Source: Thermodesulfobacteriota bacterium (GTDB taxonomy: Bacteria; Desulfobacterota_D; UBA1144; Nemesobacterales; N074bin48). From it: 16,375 nt of DNA. The notes under the pieces are model-generated. The model searched no databases and was not told the origin of the DNA. It was given only the letters and a program-made list of their open reading frames with translations. The DNA lies in assembly GCA_041572575.1 (NCBI GenBank), contig JBFFSH010000059.1, positions 1 through 16,375 on the forward strand, in the 5' to 3' direction. The translations under genes were made by a program, and so were the position numbers. Shown here piece after piece: positions 1 to 8,904 of this stretch. Every line of letters starts with the position of its first letter. Within the stretch, counting starts at the first letter, position 1.

Positions 1-135
1 CAATGGAATTGACAGAAAACACTTTGTTTTGTATCTAAAAGAGATGGAATTTAGATTTAATAACAGAAATGTAGATTTAGTTAATAAAATAAAGGAGATT
101 CTGCATTACTTATAGCTCTGTTCTATGCGAGCTCC
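1..135 (+). mobile_element. Right end of a probable IS1595-family insertion sequence, with candidate terminal inverted repeat ending at 135
   Basis: The transposase stop is followed within 20 bp by TCTATGCGAGCTCC (122-135). Its reverse complement GGAGCTCGCATAGA resembles the GGGGCT-N4-TAGA ends I recall for IS1016-group elements. The left end is outside the window. Confidence 0.55.
2..115 (+). CDS. C-terminal fragment of an IS1595-family (IS1016/ISXO2-like) DDE transposase, truncated by the window edge
   Basis: Frame 2 translates as NGIDRKHFVLYLKEMEFRFNNRNVDLVNKIKEILHYL* (TAG at 113-115). G-I-x-x-x-x-F-x-L-Y-L-K-E-x-E-F-R-F-N-x-R matches the characteristic C-terminal motif of IS1595-family transposases. 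Not in the ORF track. Confidence 0.8.
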   Translation, partial: NGIDRKHFVLYLKEMEFRFNNRNVDLVNKIKEILHYL

Positions 136-139
136 TAAT

Positions 140-2851
140 TTAAAAATCTAATACCTTATCTAACCCCTTTTGTATGAGGTCTTCTTCGATGCTCTTTGGT
201 TTAGTTTGTTGATCACCACCTTCAGATTCAGTATCCGGGCTGGTAGTTTTAGGAATTATCTTATCTATTACTCTTTTTTGAAGTTCATCCCTACCCCTGT
301 CAATTGCAGCACCCTTTAGCTTATTGGCCACAAATGTCAGATCAGGTTTGGCGCTTACGTTTGGCAGAAGACCTTTAAGATCAAAAGGTATAATGATCTC
401 ATTATTATCGTTTCTTAGATATTTAATAAAATCGGCGTTAGCAATTAGATCATTTGAAATTTTTTCAGACATTTTCAACTGTCCATTTACATCAATCCCC
501 TTATCCAGTCCTATAGAGCCGTCACCCTTTACCAAATAATCAGTGGCTTTTAAGATCAGGTCATTAAAATTAATCTTTCCGTCATCAATTTTAAGAACAG
601 ATTTCAAGTCATAGAATATCGTACTCTTGCTTTGGAATACCTGCGGGTATTTTGATTTTAATGAACTGCTTACAAGCCCCGAAAGACCGCTTACTCCCGT
701 GATACCAGACAGCACACCCTCAGCAATATTAAAATCTACCAATTCCCCTTCTGTAAGACTAATTTTCGTAAGGCCGCTCAATGTGGGCTTAATTTCATCC
801 CATGTATTACCGCTTCCGGATATATCAATATTTAAATCAGAGTTACCTCTTAAATGTTGGTTATCGGCCCTGAATAGTGACTGAGTTAAGTTTGTAATAC
901 TAAGCCCCTTAATCTGTGTTTTTAAATCAAATGCCGGCTTAGGATTAGATAAATCATAAACTCCGTTTGCGTTTATGGTTGCACTTAGAATGTTCATTGC
1001 CATCTGATCAAGTGTAATTACATCATCTTTTATAGACAGCTTTCCATTTAGATTGCTGTATCCAAGGCTCGATAATTTGCCGCTGCGGGACTTTATAGTG
1101 GCTCTGTGAATCATTGTTCCAACCTGTTCGAACACTTTTCCTGTAATTGTCACATCATTTATAGATTCATCAGTCTTATTTTCCGGGCTTACATCTGCCA
1201 TATAAATTTTTGGTGAGGCTATTACATAGGATACTGATATCGGAGAAATGCTTGCAGCCTCTGATATAACACTGATTTTAGATTTTCCTATTACCAGATC
1301 AGTTTTATCCAAACTAGCGCTGTTACCTGTAAATTTTATCTCACTGTTAAGATCATTTATTGGTTTTGCAAGCTGCTCAGGTTTTGCATTTACACCTGTA
1401 AGTTTAATAAAACCGTTTATAGCCGGGGTCTTACCCTGTCCCGTAAGTCCTTTGATCTTTGCATCTGCCTCCACAAAGCCGGATATGTTATGTGTAGAAA
1501 GGTCAGGCAGGAGACTTGATAGCTTTTGCAGGTCTGCTTTATTGGATTTAATGTTTATATCTGCATTTGTACTACTAGTATTGTATGTTCCGTATATATC
1601 TAATTGGAGACTGTCCAGTTTTAGATTTGTATTTTCAAGTTTCATATTGTCTTTGTTTAAACTTGCATCAGTTTTTAGAGTTAGATCTATTCCTTTTGGT
1701 TTATTAAAACTCTCTGCATAAACAATATCTGTACTGCTTGCCTCAAGAACACCGTTTTTGATCGTGATATTTGAAGGATTTCCCTCTATATCGGCCATAA
1801 ATGAAATAGGCCCGTTCATCTTTAAATCAGCAGGCACTAATGTGCTTAATGAATCTATGCTCAAAAGCTGCTGAGAGTTTAGAGGTCCTATATCCATGTT
1901 AAGTTTGAAAAACATATCATGCTCAGAAACTTTAGCCCCAACAGGTCCGACACTTCCATTAACAAAGAGATTGGATTGTGTTGAACCAAATAGATGGGAT
2001 TCAAGTTCAAGGTCAGTGAGTCTCATATTTGACAGATCACCATCAATTCTGGTTTTGAGACTTAGCTTATCAATTTGATTTATATCAGGGGGAAGAGACT
2101 TTTTTAACTGAGGTATAGAGCTTTTTAACGCTTTTATATTTAATGAGCTTATTTGCAGATCAAGACTTAAAGGTAAAGAATCTGTATTTATCTGCTGTCC
2201 CAACGGGCCAATATTACCTTTTATTTTAATATTTTGATTTTTATCAAGCAATGAAAGTGCTAGATCAATATCGATCTTTTCATCGAGTCCGATATTTTTT
2301 AAAGAAAGATCGATATTATCTAATTCAATAGTCGATCTCTGCTCTCTGTCTATATACTGTATATTGCCGTTTGATACATCAACAAGAGAAATATTAAATT
2401 TCTTTACTGTGCTTTCTTTTTCACTTTCAGTTTGATTGGGATTCTCTTTACCCCCGATTGTTGAAAAATTGAAATCTCCGTTTTTATTCTTGATTATTCT
2501 TATAACCGGATCATTCAATATGATCTTTTTAACCTGGACTTCTTTCGATAACAAAGGGAGTAATTTTACATTTACTACCAGGTTCTTAGTCTCTAAAAAG
2601 TTTCCTGCAAAAAAGCTTGGATCGTCCTTAATGCTTAGCCCTGACAGACCAAGCCCCAGACCTCCAAGGATATTTAACCGTATCTTATTAACACCAACCT
2701 GCCTTCCTATAGACTTTTCTATCTGAGATACAATATATTGTCTATTTTCTTCAATAAGCTCATTAACATTTAAAATCCCATACACAAGTACAGACAGAAA
2801 AACGACAAATATTATTGATAATACTAAAACTCTTTTAAGTGCTTTATACAT
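140..2851 (-). CDS. AsmA-family (bridge-like lipid transfer) protein, 903 aa
   Basis: Single N-terminal TM anchor, then an AsmA N-terminal pattern (IEKSIGRQV...GLSIKDDPSF...VKLLPLLSKEVQVKKIILNDPVIRIIKNKNGDFNFS). Long run of amphipathic beta-strands. AsmA_2-like C-terminus (LSGLTKISLTEGELVDFNI...STIFYDLKSVLKIDDGKINFNDL...GDGSIGL...IPFDLKG). Confidence 0.88.
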   Translation of the reverse strand: MYKALKRVLVLSIIFVVFLSVLVYGILNVNELIEENRQYIVSQIEKSIGRQVGVNKIRLNILGGLGLGLSGLSIKDDPSFFAGNFLETKNLVVNVKLLPLLSKEVQVKKIILNDPVIRIIKNKNGDFNFSTIGGKENPNQTESEKESTVKKFNISLVDVSNGNIQYIDREQRSTIELDNIDLSLKNIGLDEKIDIDLALSLLDKNQNIKIKGNIGPLGQQINTDSLPLSLDLQISSLNIKALKSSIPQLKKSLPPDINQIDKLSLKTRIDGDLSNMRLTDLELESHLFGSTQSNLFVNGSVGPVGAKVSEHDMFFKLNMDIGPLNSQQLLSIDSLSTLVPADLKMNGPISFMADIEGNPSNITIKNGVLEASSTDIVYAESFNKPKGIDLTLKTDASLNKDNMKLENTNLKLDSLQLDIYGTYNTSSTNADINIKSNKADLQKLSSLLPDLSTHNISGFVEADAKIKGLTGQGKTPAINGFIKLTGVNAKPEQLAKPINDLNSEIKFTGNSASLDKTDLVIGKSKISVISEAASISPISVSYVIASPKIYMADVSPENKTDESINDVTITGKVFEQVGTMIHRATIKSRSGKLSSLGYSNLNGKLSIKDDVITLDQMAMNILSATINANGVYDLSNPKPAFDLKTQIKGLSITNLTQSLFRADNQHLRGNSDLNIDISGSGNTWDEIKPTLSGLTKISLTEGELVDFNIAEGVLSGITGVSGLSGLVSSSLKSKYPQVFQSKSTIFYDLKSVLKIDDGKINFNDLILKATDYLVKGDGSIGLDKGIDVNGQLKMSEKISNDLIANADFIKYLRNDNNEIIIPFDLKGLLPNVSAKPDLTFVANKLKGAAIDRGRDELQKRVIDKIIPKTTSPDTESEGGDQQTKPKSIEEDLIQKGLDKVLDF

Positions 2852-3057
2852 GAATAATTAAACTAACATTGTTTTAAAATGACACAATATTTATATTTTA
2901 TTGTTAATTACAAATTTTTGGATTATTCATTAAGGTTTTATAAATTATATCAATAAATATTTTAAGAGCTAAAAAAATAGCTTCGTTATTTGATGCATTA
3001 CATCTAAAAAGGGACTCATAATTATTAGCGTTATTTGTAAAACGGAGAGTAAATTAA

Positions 3058-5391
3058 ATGGCGGATAATAGCAGCTTTGTACTAAGATATACAAATTGGG
3101 TTATTAGATGGCGATGGGCTGTATTGATATTAAGTTTACTGCTTGCGATTTTGCTTGGAACTGGGGTAAAGCGTCTAGGCCTGGCTACCGATTACAGAGT
3201 TTTTTTCAGTGATGATAACCCCGACCTTCTGGCATTTGATGCACTAGAGAATATATACACTAAAAATGATAACGTCTTAATTCTAATTAAACCCGAAAAT
3301 GGTGATGTATTTAATAAAGATACGATAAAAGCTATATATGAAATTACTGAAGAAGCCTGGCAAACGCCCTACTCCACAAGGGTAGATTCAATTACCAATT
3401 TTCAACATACATGGGCTGATGGCGATAATTTAATAGTTGAAGACCTTATAGAAGAAAAGGATTTTACTGAAAAAGATATTGCCAGGGCAAAAAAAGTAGC
3501 ATTCTCTGAACCATTTATATACAAAAGATTACTTTCAGAAGACGGTAAAACCGCGGGCATAAATGTACGCATACAACAACCCGGGAAATCCCCTGCAGAA
3601 GTGCCCGAGATTGCGGCTTTTGCAAGGGATCTAAGGGATAAATATAGAGCTTTATACCCCAACCAGGACATTAGGCTAGTGGGCGTATCTATGATGAACA
3701 ACGCCTTTGCCGAAACTCCTATTAAGGACTTCTCATTTGTAATGCCCCTTATGTTTGGAGTTTTTACTTTTGCGCTTATAATATTTCTAAGGTCTTTTCT
3801 GGCTTCAGGAGCTACACTTATTCTGGTAGTAATTTCTGCTCTTACTGCCCTTGGAATAGCGGGGTTTTTTGGCACATTTCTAGATCCCACAAGTTCATCA
3901 ACACCTAACATCATACTAACTCTTGCAGTAGCAGATTCTATCCATATCCTGGTTTCGTTCTTTGAAGCACGAAGAAGCGGTAAAAACAGATATGACGCTA
4001 TTATTGAAAGCATAGATATTAACGCAAAACCAGTATTTCTTACAAGCATTACAACTGCAATTGGTTTTTTAAGCCTTAATTTTAGCGATTCTCCTCCATT
4101 CCGCCTTCTTGGAAACCTCACAGCACTTGGAGTTATGATTGCCTGGTTTTATTCGATGACATTTCTTCCTGCATTTCTTTCGGTTCTTCCGATCAAAGCC
4201 CCTAAACGCTCAGAGCTTACATACAGTTTTATTGATAAACTTAGTGATTTTGTAATCTCGAGACCAAAACAAATACTGCTATTATTGGGATCTTTTGTAA
4301 TAGTCTTAATATTGCTAATACCTACAATGAATATTAATGACAGGTACCATGAATACTTCAGTAAAAAACTCGATATAAGAAACTCAATGGAGTTTTCAGT
4401 AAAAAACCTAAGTGGGGTTTATATAACCAGTTTTTCTCTTGAATCAGGTGATACAAACGGAGTAAGTGATCCCGAGTATCTTTCAAAAGTTAGCGCATTT
4501 ACAGATTGGTTAAGGGCCAGGCCCGAGATTGCACACGTAAATTCATTTAGTGATACGATGAAAAGGCTAAACAAGAACATGAATGGCGATGATCCGGCTT
4601 TCTACAAACTACCGGAGAACAGAGAGTTGGGCGCTCAGTACTTGCTGCTCTATGAAATGTCACTTCCATACGGCCTGGATGTTAACGATCAAATAAATAT
4701 CGATAAAAGTTCGCTCAGGCTGGACGTAACCTATGCAGATGCTAACCTTAATACTATCGTACAAAACAGCAAAGAAGCGAATAAGTGGATAAATGAAAAT
4801 GGAACAGAAAGCATGAAGGAAAACAGGGGTGCAGGTACTACGCTTATGTTTGGGAATATTACCAGAAGGAACCTCGATGCAATGCTTATAGGAACATTTG
4901 TGGGATTTGGTCTTATAGCAATAATCCTTATGATTGCACTTAGAAGCGTAAAAGTGGGTCTTATAAGCCTTATACCAAACATACTTCCTTCTGCTATGGC
5001 TTTTGGTGTATGGGCGCTTCTTATCGGCGAAGTGGGATTTGCTATATCAGTAGTTGCCAGTATATCAATAGGTATTATTGTAGACGATACAGTTCACTTC
5101 CTTACAAAGTATCACAGGGCAAGAACAGAACTTGGCCATGATACTCCCGATGCCATAAGGTATGCTTTTCATACTGTAGGAACAGCAATATTAGGGACAT
5201 CATTTATTATTGCGGCAGGGTTTGCCATGCTTGGCATGAGTACATTCAGGGTCACTTCTTATATGGGGCTCTTAACTTCTCTTGCCATAGTATCAGCATT
5301 AATTACAGACTTCTTACTTTTACCAGCACTATTACTGATATTAGATAAAGACAAGAAAAAAGATAAAGGCACTCCATTTGCAACCAATTAA
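3058..5391 (+). CDS. MMPL/RND-superfamily inner-membrane transporter, 777 aa
   Basis: Two internal repeats, each TM + periplasmic domain + 5 TM. Acidic TM motifs TLAVADSIHI and GIIVDDTVHF, plus PVFLTSITTAIGFLSL. RBS-like GGAGAG at 3044-3049. Confidence 0.93.
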   Translation: MADNSSFVLRYTNWVIRWRWAVLILSLLLAILLGTGVKRLGLATDYRVFFSDDNPDLLAFDALENIYTKNDNVLILIKPENGDVFNKDTIKAIYEITEEAWQTPYSTRVDSITNFQHTWADGDNLIVEDLIEEKDFTEKDIARAKKVAFSEPFIYKRLLSEDGKTAGINVRIQQPGKSPAEVPEIAAFARDLRDKYRALYPNQDIRLVGVSMMNNAFAETPIKDFSFVMPLMFGVFTFALIIFLRSFLASGATLILVVISALTALGIAGFFGTFLDPTSSSTPNIILTLAVADSIHILVSFFEARRSGKNRYDAIIESIDINAKPVFLTSITTAIGFLSLNFSDSPPFRLLGNLTALGVMIAWFYSMTFLPAFLSVLPIKAPKRSELTYSFIDKLSDFVISRPKQILLLLGSFVIVLILLIPTMNINDRYHEYFSKKLDIRNSMEFSVKNLSGVYITSFSLESGDTNGVSDPEYLSKVSAFTDWLRARPEIAHVNSFSDTMKRLNKNMNGDDPAFYKLPENRELGAQYLLLYEMSLPYGLDVNDQINIDKSSLRLDVTYADANLNTIVQNSKEANKWINENGTESMKENRGAGTTLMFGNITRRNLDAMLIGTFVGFGLIAIILMIALRSVKVGLISLIPNILPSAMAFGVWALLIGEVGFAISVVASISIGIIVDDTVHFLTKYHRARTELGHDTPDAIRYAFHTVGTAILGTSFIIAAGFAMLGMSTFRVTSYMGLLTSLAIVSALITDFLLLPALLLILDKDKKKDKGTPFATN

Positions 5392-5425
5392 TTAAATTAT
5401 AGTTATTTTATAAAAGGAGAATCAA

Positions 5426-6217
5426 ATGAAATTTAAAATATTAATGCTAATTTTATCAATCTTAATCCCCCTTTCTTCGGTTTACTCTCAAACATCAGAA
5501 GAAAAGGGAAAGCAGATTGCAATAGATGCTGATAAAGCTGATCAGGGCTGGGGTGATAATAAATCAGTATCAAAGATGGTGCTTAGAAATAAACAAGGAC
5601 AGGAGAGTGTAAGAAAGCTTAGGAGACTAGCGCTTGAAATTAACGAGCCCGGCCTTGGTGATAAGAGCATTACAGTATTTGATGAACCAAGAGATATTGA
5701 GGGCACAGCCCTTCTGTCTCATACAAAAATTTTAAAACCAGATGATCAGTGGCTTTATCTTCCTGCTGTAAAAAGGGTTAAGAGAATTTCTTCAAAGAAT
5801 AAATCCGGTCCTTTTGTAGGAAGTGAATTTGCTTATGAAGACCTCCTCTCACAAGAGGTAGATAAATACAATTACAAGTGGATTAAAGATGAAAAATGCG
5901 GTGAGCTCGAATGTTTTGTAGTAGAAAGGTATCCACTCTATGAAAATTCAGGATATACCAAACAGGTTGTATGGTGGGACAAGCAGGAATACAGACCACA
6001 GAAGATTGATTTTTATGACAGGAAGGATTCACTTCTAAAGACACTTACATATACTAAATATAATCAATATTTAGATAAATATTGGCGTGCAGACTTGTTT
6101 GTCATGAAAAACCATCAAAATGGTAAAAGCACAGATATAGTATTTGAAAGCTGGGAATTTAGACTTGGACAAGATCATAGCCAGTTTACCGCATCAAGAC
6201 TAAAACGTGCCAAATAA
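5426..6217 (+). CDS. LolA-like 'outer membrane lipoprotein-sorting' periplasmic protein, 263 aa
   Basis: Sec signal peptide. Family signature DDQWLYLPAVKRVKRISSKNKSGPFVGSEFAYEDL, plus FDEPRDIEGTALL and KIDFYDRKDSLLKTL. RBS AGGAGA at 5415-5420. Confidence 0.9.
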   Translation: MKFKILMLILSILIPLSSVYSQTSEEKGKQIAIDADKADQGWGDNKSVSKMVLRNKQGQESVRKLRRLALEINEPGLGDKSITVFDEPRDIEGTALLSHTKILKPDDQWLYLPAVKRVKRISSKNKSGPFVGSEFAYEDLLSQEVDKYNYKWIKDEKCGELECFVVERYPLYENSGYTKQVVWWDKQEYRPQKIDFYDRKDSLLKTLTYTKYNQYLDKYWRADLFVMKNHQNGKSTDIVFESWEFRLGQDHSQFTASRLKRAK

Positions 6218-7430
6218 TTTTTCGTACCACTTTCTAACATTATTTTTATTAGTTTCGTATTTCCTGTCTGGCAAACAAATTTATGCCGGGCAGTGGGACA
6301 TTAGGGGTGAAACAGGCATAGAACTCAGAATATTTCCGGATGATCCTGAGTTTAACAGCCAGGATGATACATACTTTTCTCCCTCATTTATGATCGAGCC
6401 TGAGATATTGTATGAAACCGAAAAAGGAAATGACCTTTTTGAATTTGTACCCTTTTTCAGATTTGATCTGGATGATGACAACAGGACTCACTTTGATATA
6501 AGAGAGCTAAACTGGTTCCATCAGGGAAGCAATTGGTCGTTACTAGTCGGTGCAGATATTGTTTACTGGGGTGTTACTGAATCAAGACATCTTGTTAATA
6601 TAATAAATCAAAACGATCAGGTCGAAGACATAGACGAAGAAGACAAACTTGGGCAGCCTATGATTAACTTCACTTATGACAGTGATTACGGAACATTTGA
6701 ATTTTTCTATCTTCCGTTTTTTAGAGAGCGCACTTTCCCCGATGATGACGCAAGACTTAGAGGCCCGTTTATAATTGATGACAATAACGAGGGATATGAA
6801 TCGGACGCCAAGGAGTTCCATCCCGACTTTGCACTCAGATGGATACATACCCTGGGTGACTTTGATATCGGAGCTGCATTTTTTAGAGGTACAAGCAGAG
6901 AGCCAAGACTAATCCCAAGAGCCAATCAAAATGAAAAGATAATACTAGACCCGTTTTACGACATTATAGATCAGCAGAGCCTTGATATTCAGTGGACAAG
7001 GGATGCGTGGCTGCTTAAATTTGAAGGAATAACAAGAGGCGGTCATGGCAACAGATTCGTAGCTACCGTAGCAGGATTCGAATATACTCTTTTTCAAATA
7101 TTTGGAAGTGCTGCTGACCTTGGATTACTTTCAGAATATCTATATGACGGCAGAGATTCCGGCGCACCTCCTACCGTTTTTGATAACGACATATTCGGTG
7201 GTTTCAGGCTTTCACTAAACGATATTCAGGATACAGAGTTTTTAGCAGGTATCGTCACAGACACAGAAAATGCTGAACTATTTACTTTTGTTGAAACATC
7301 CAGAAGGTTTGGTCAGAATTGGGTAGCCGAAATTGAAGCGCGTTTTTTCTTTAACACTGATACAAACAGCATCGCAAGCGGTATTAGCAATGACGGTTTT
7401 TTTACTTTTACATTAAGCAGATTCTTCTAG
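6207..7430 (+). CDS. Predicted outer-membrane beta-barrel protein of unknown function, 407 aa
   Basis: Signal-peptide-like N-terminus, alternating aromatic/hydrophobic strands, and a BAM-type C-terminal strand ending in Phe (FFTFTLSRFF). Motifs DIRELNW, VYWGVTESRHLVNIINQ and EDKLGQPM are typical of the barrel that accompanies MMPL + LolA-like pairs. The GTG start overlaps the upstream gene by 11 bp; exact start uncertain. Confidence 0.8.
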   Translation: MPNNFSYHFLTLFLLVSYFLSGKQIYAGQWDIRGETGIELRIFPDDPEFNSQDDTYFSPSFMIEPEILYETEKGNDLFEFVPFFRFDLDDDNRTHFDIRELNWFHQGSNWSLLVGADIVYWGVTESRHLVNIINQNDQVEDIDEEDKLGQPMINFTYDSDYGTFEFFYLPFFRERTFPDDDARLRGPFIIDDNNEGYESDAKEFHPDFALRWIHTLGDFDIGAAFFRGTSREPRLIPRANQNEKIILDPFYDIIDQQSLDIQWTRDAWLLKFEGITRGGHGNRFVATVAGFEYTLFQIFGSAADLGLLSEYLYDGRDSGAPPTVFDNDIFGGFRLSLNDIQDTEFLAGIVTDTENAELFTFVETSRRFGQNWVAEIEARFFFNTDTNSIASGISNDGFFTFTLSRFF

Positions 7431-7500
7431 TTTATTAAAAAACTATTTTGCTCTATCAATATTATTTGTTATTATTTTAAAAACTAATAGAGAGGATGTT

Positions 7501-7860
7501 ATGAAAAAAATAGCCATTTATACACTACTTCTAAACCTGATAGCAACAGGTCTAATTTTAGTAAACACTGCATCTGCCGATACGGGATTAAAACAGGTCG
7601 AATCAAAATATGTATGTATGATTACAAACAAGCTTTTTGCAGACGAGCAGATCTTGGTAGACATTGAAGGCAGGAAATACTATGGATGCTGTGAGATGTG
7701 CAAAGGCAAGCTTGAACAAGACATTGCCAGCAGAAAATCATTTGATCCGGTTTCTGGCAAAGAAGTAGACAAAGCCACAGCGATTATAGGAGCTGCAGCT
7801 AACAGCAGTGTATATTATTTTGAGAATGAAGATAATCTGAAGGCTTTTAATTCAAAATAA
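7501..7860 (+). CDS. Secreted TRASH/YHS-domain metal-binding protein, 119 aa
   Basis: Signal peptide ending ASA. VCMITNK...VDIEGRKYYGCCEMC (TRASH-like), then DPVSGKEVDKA...VYYFEN (second YHS-like unit lacking Cys). RBS AGAGGA at 7491-7496. Confidence 0.8.
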   Translation: MKKIAIYTLLLNLIATGLILVNTASADTGLKQVESKYVCMITNKLFADEQILVDIEGRKYYGCCEMCKGKLEQDIASRKSFDPVSGKEVDKATAIIGAAANSSVYYFENEDNLKAFNSK

Positions 7861-7866
7861 TTATTT

Positions 7867-8781
7867 TTAAGCAGAAACTTTTGATTTATAACCCTGATTT
7901 TTGTAGGATTTATCTTTTAGAAAGTTTTTATGTGTAACTGCGCACTCTTTTGAGCAGCATTCACTAAGTTCTTTACCGCATTTTTCACATAGTACTACAA
8001 GATCATCACATTCTACATTCTTGCAGTTTATATAACGGTCTGATTTATCTCCGCACACTGAGCACTGAGATATTATCTCACTGTCAGGGTCAACGTGTGA
8101 TAGAAGCCTCTGATCAAACACAAAGCACTTCCCTTCCCATAGAGTATTGGGATACTCTTTACAAAAGTTAAGTATTCCGTCCTTTAACTGATACACATCA
8201 GAAAAACCCTCTTGAACCATATAAGCTGTAGCCTTTTCGCACCTTATGCCACCTGTGCAGTAGGTAATTATCTTCTTATCTTTTTTGTCTTCTAAATCTG
8301 AAATCACTTTTGGAAAATCCCTGAATGAATCAATATCCGGAGTAATAGCGCCCTTAAATTTACCAACATCCGATTCGTAGTTATTTCTGGTATCAAGCAC
8401 AACGAACTCTTCATCGCTGTTATATAATTCTATCAATTCTTTTGGTGTGATATATTTGCCTGTCTTTTCTAAATCCAGTTCCTTATCCATTCTGATTATC
8501 TCTTTTTTAACACGGACAATCATTTTCTTAAAGGGATGAAATGTACTTATTTCTTCTTTAAAGTTAATGTCTGCAAATTGGGATTGTGACCTAAGATTAC
8601 TCTTATAGGATTCTATTTGGTCTTTTGAGCCCGATATCGATCCATTTATGCCTTCAGTTGCTACTAAGATTTTGCCCAAAACTCCAAGCTCTTTACAAAA
8701 CCTCAGGTGATGCTTGGAAAACCTCTTCGGATCTTCAATCGGTGTAAATTTATAAAACAGAATTACATGAATATTACTCAT
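7867..8781 (-). CDS. trhO: Rhodanese-domain tRNA uridine(34) hydroxylase TrhO (YceA/UPF0176 family), 304 aa
   Basis: LFYKF, GKILVATEGINGSISG, RVKKEII, LDTRNNYESDVGKFKGA, YCTGGIRCEKA, QLKDGILNF, WEGKCFVFDQR and a Cys-rich C-terminus. Confidence 0.9.
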   Translation of the reverse strand: MSNIHVILFYKFTPIEDPKRFSKHHLRFCKELGVLGKILVATEGINGSISGSKDQIESYKSNLRSQSQFADINFKEEISTFHPFKKMIVRVKKEIIRMDKELDLEKTGKYITPKELIELYNSDEEFVVLDTRNNYESDVGKFKGAITPDIDSFRDFPKVISDLEDKKDKKIITYCTGGIRCEKATAYMVQEGFSDVYQLKDGILNFCKEYPNTLWEGKCFVFDQRLLSHVDPDSEIISQCSVCGDKSDRYINCKNVECDDLVVLCEKCGKELSECCSKECAVTHKNFLKDKSYKNQGYKSKVSA

Positions 8782-8904
8782 AAGTTACAAATAAATTACT
8801 CAAAATTTCGCTAATGTTAATAGTCTAAATTAAATATAAATAAATTTGTGAGTTACTATATTTATTTATTCTCGTTATACTACTAGGATTTATAATTTAT
8901 ATAG

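Noticed and set aside
324..2726. Five plus-strand ORFs inside the AsmA gene
   Set aside because: They are antisense shadows of a well-supported CDS with no recognisable motifs.
2884..3004. Short inverted repeats in the divergent intergenic region (ACAATA/TATTGT 2884-2904, AGCTA/TAGCT 2967-2982, GATG/CATC 2992-3004) as operator sites
   Set aside because: Arms of 4-6 bp are expected by chance in very AT-rich DNA, the spacing does not fit FNR/CRP, and no regulator gene is nearby.
3402..6925. Minus-strand ORFs (239, 83, 66, 88, 72 aa) within the MMPL and barrel genes
   Set aside because: They lie fully antisense to conserved genes and show no family features.
3058..7430. Classical AcrAB-TolC drug efflux or canonical LolABCDE interpretation
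   Set aside because: The transporter is MMPL-sized (777 aa), and there is no membrane-fusion protein, TolC or ABC component in the locus.
8798..8869. AT-rich inverted repeats between trhO and the kinase (ATAAATAAAT/ATTTATTTAT; ACTCAAAATTT/AAATTTGTGAGT)
   Set aside because: Low complexity and weak pairing; cannot be distinguished from background without comparative data.
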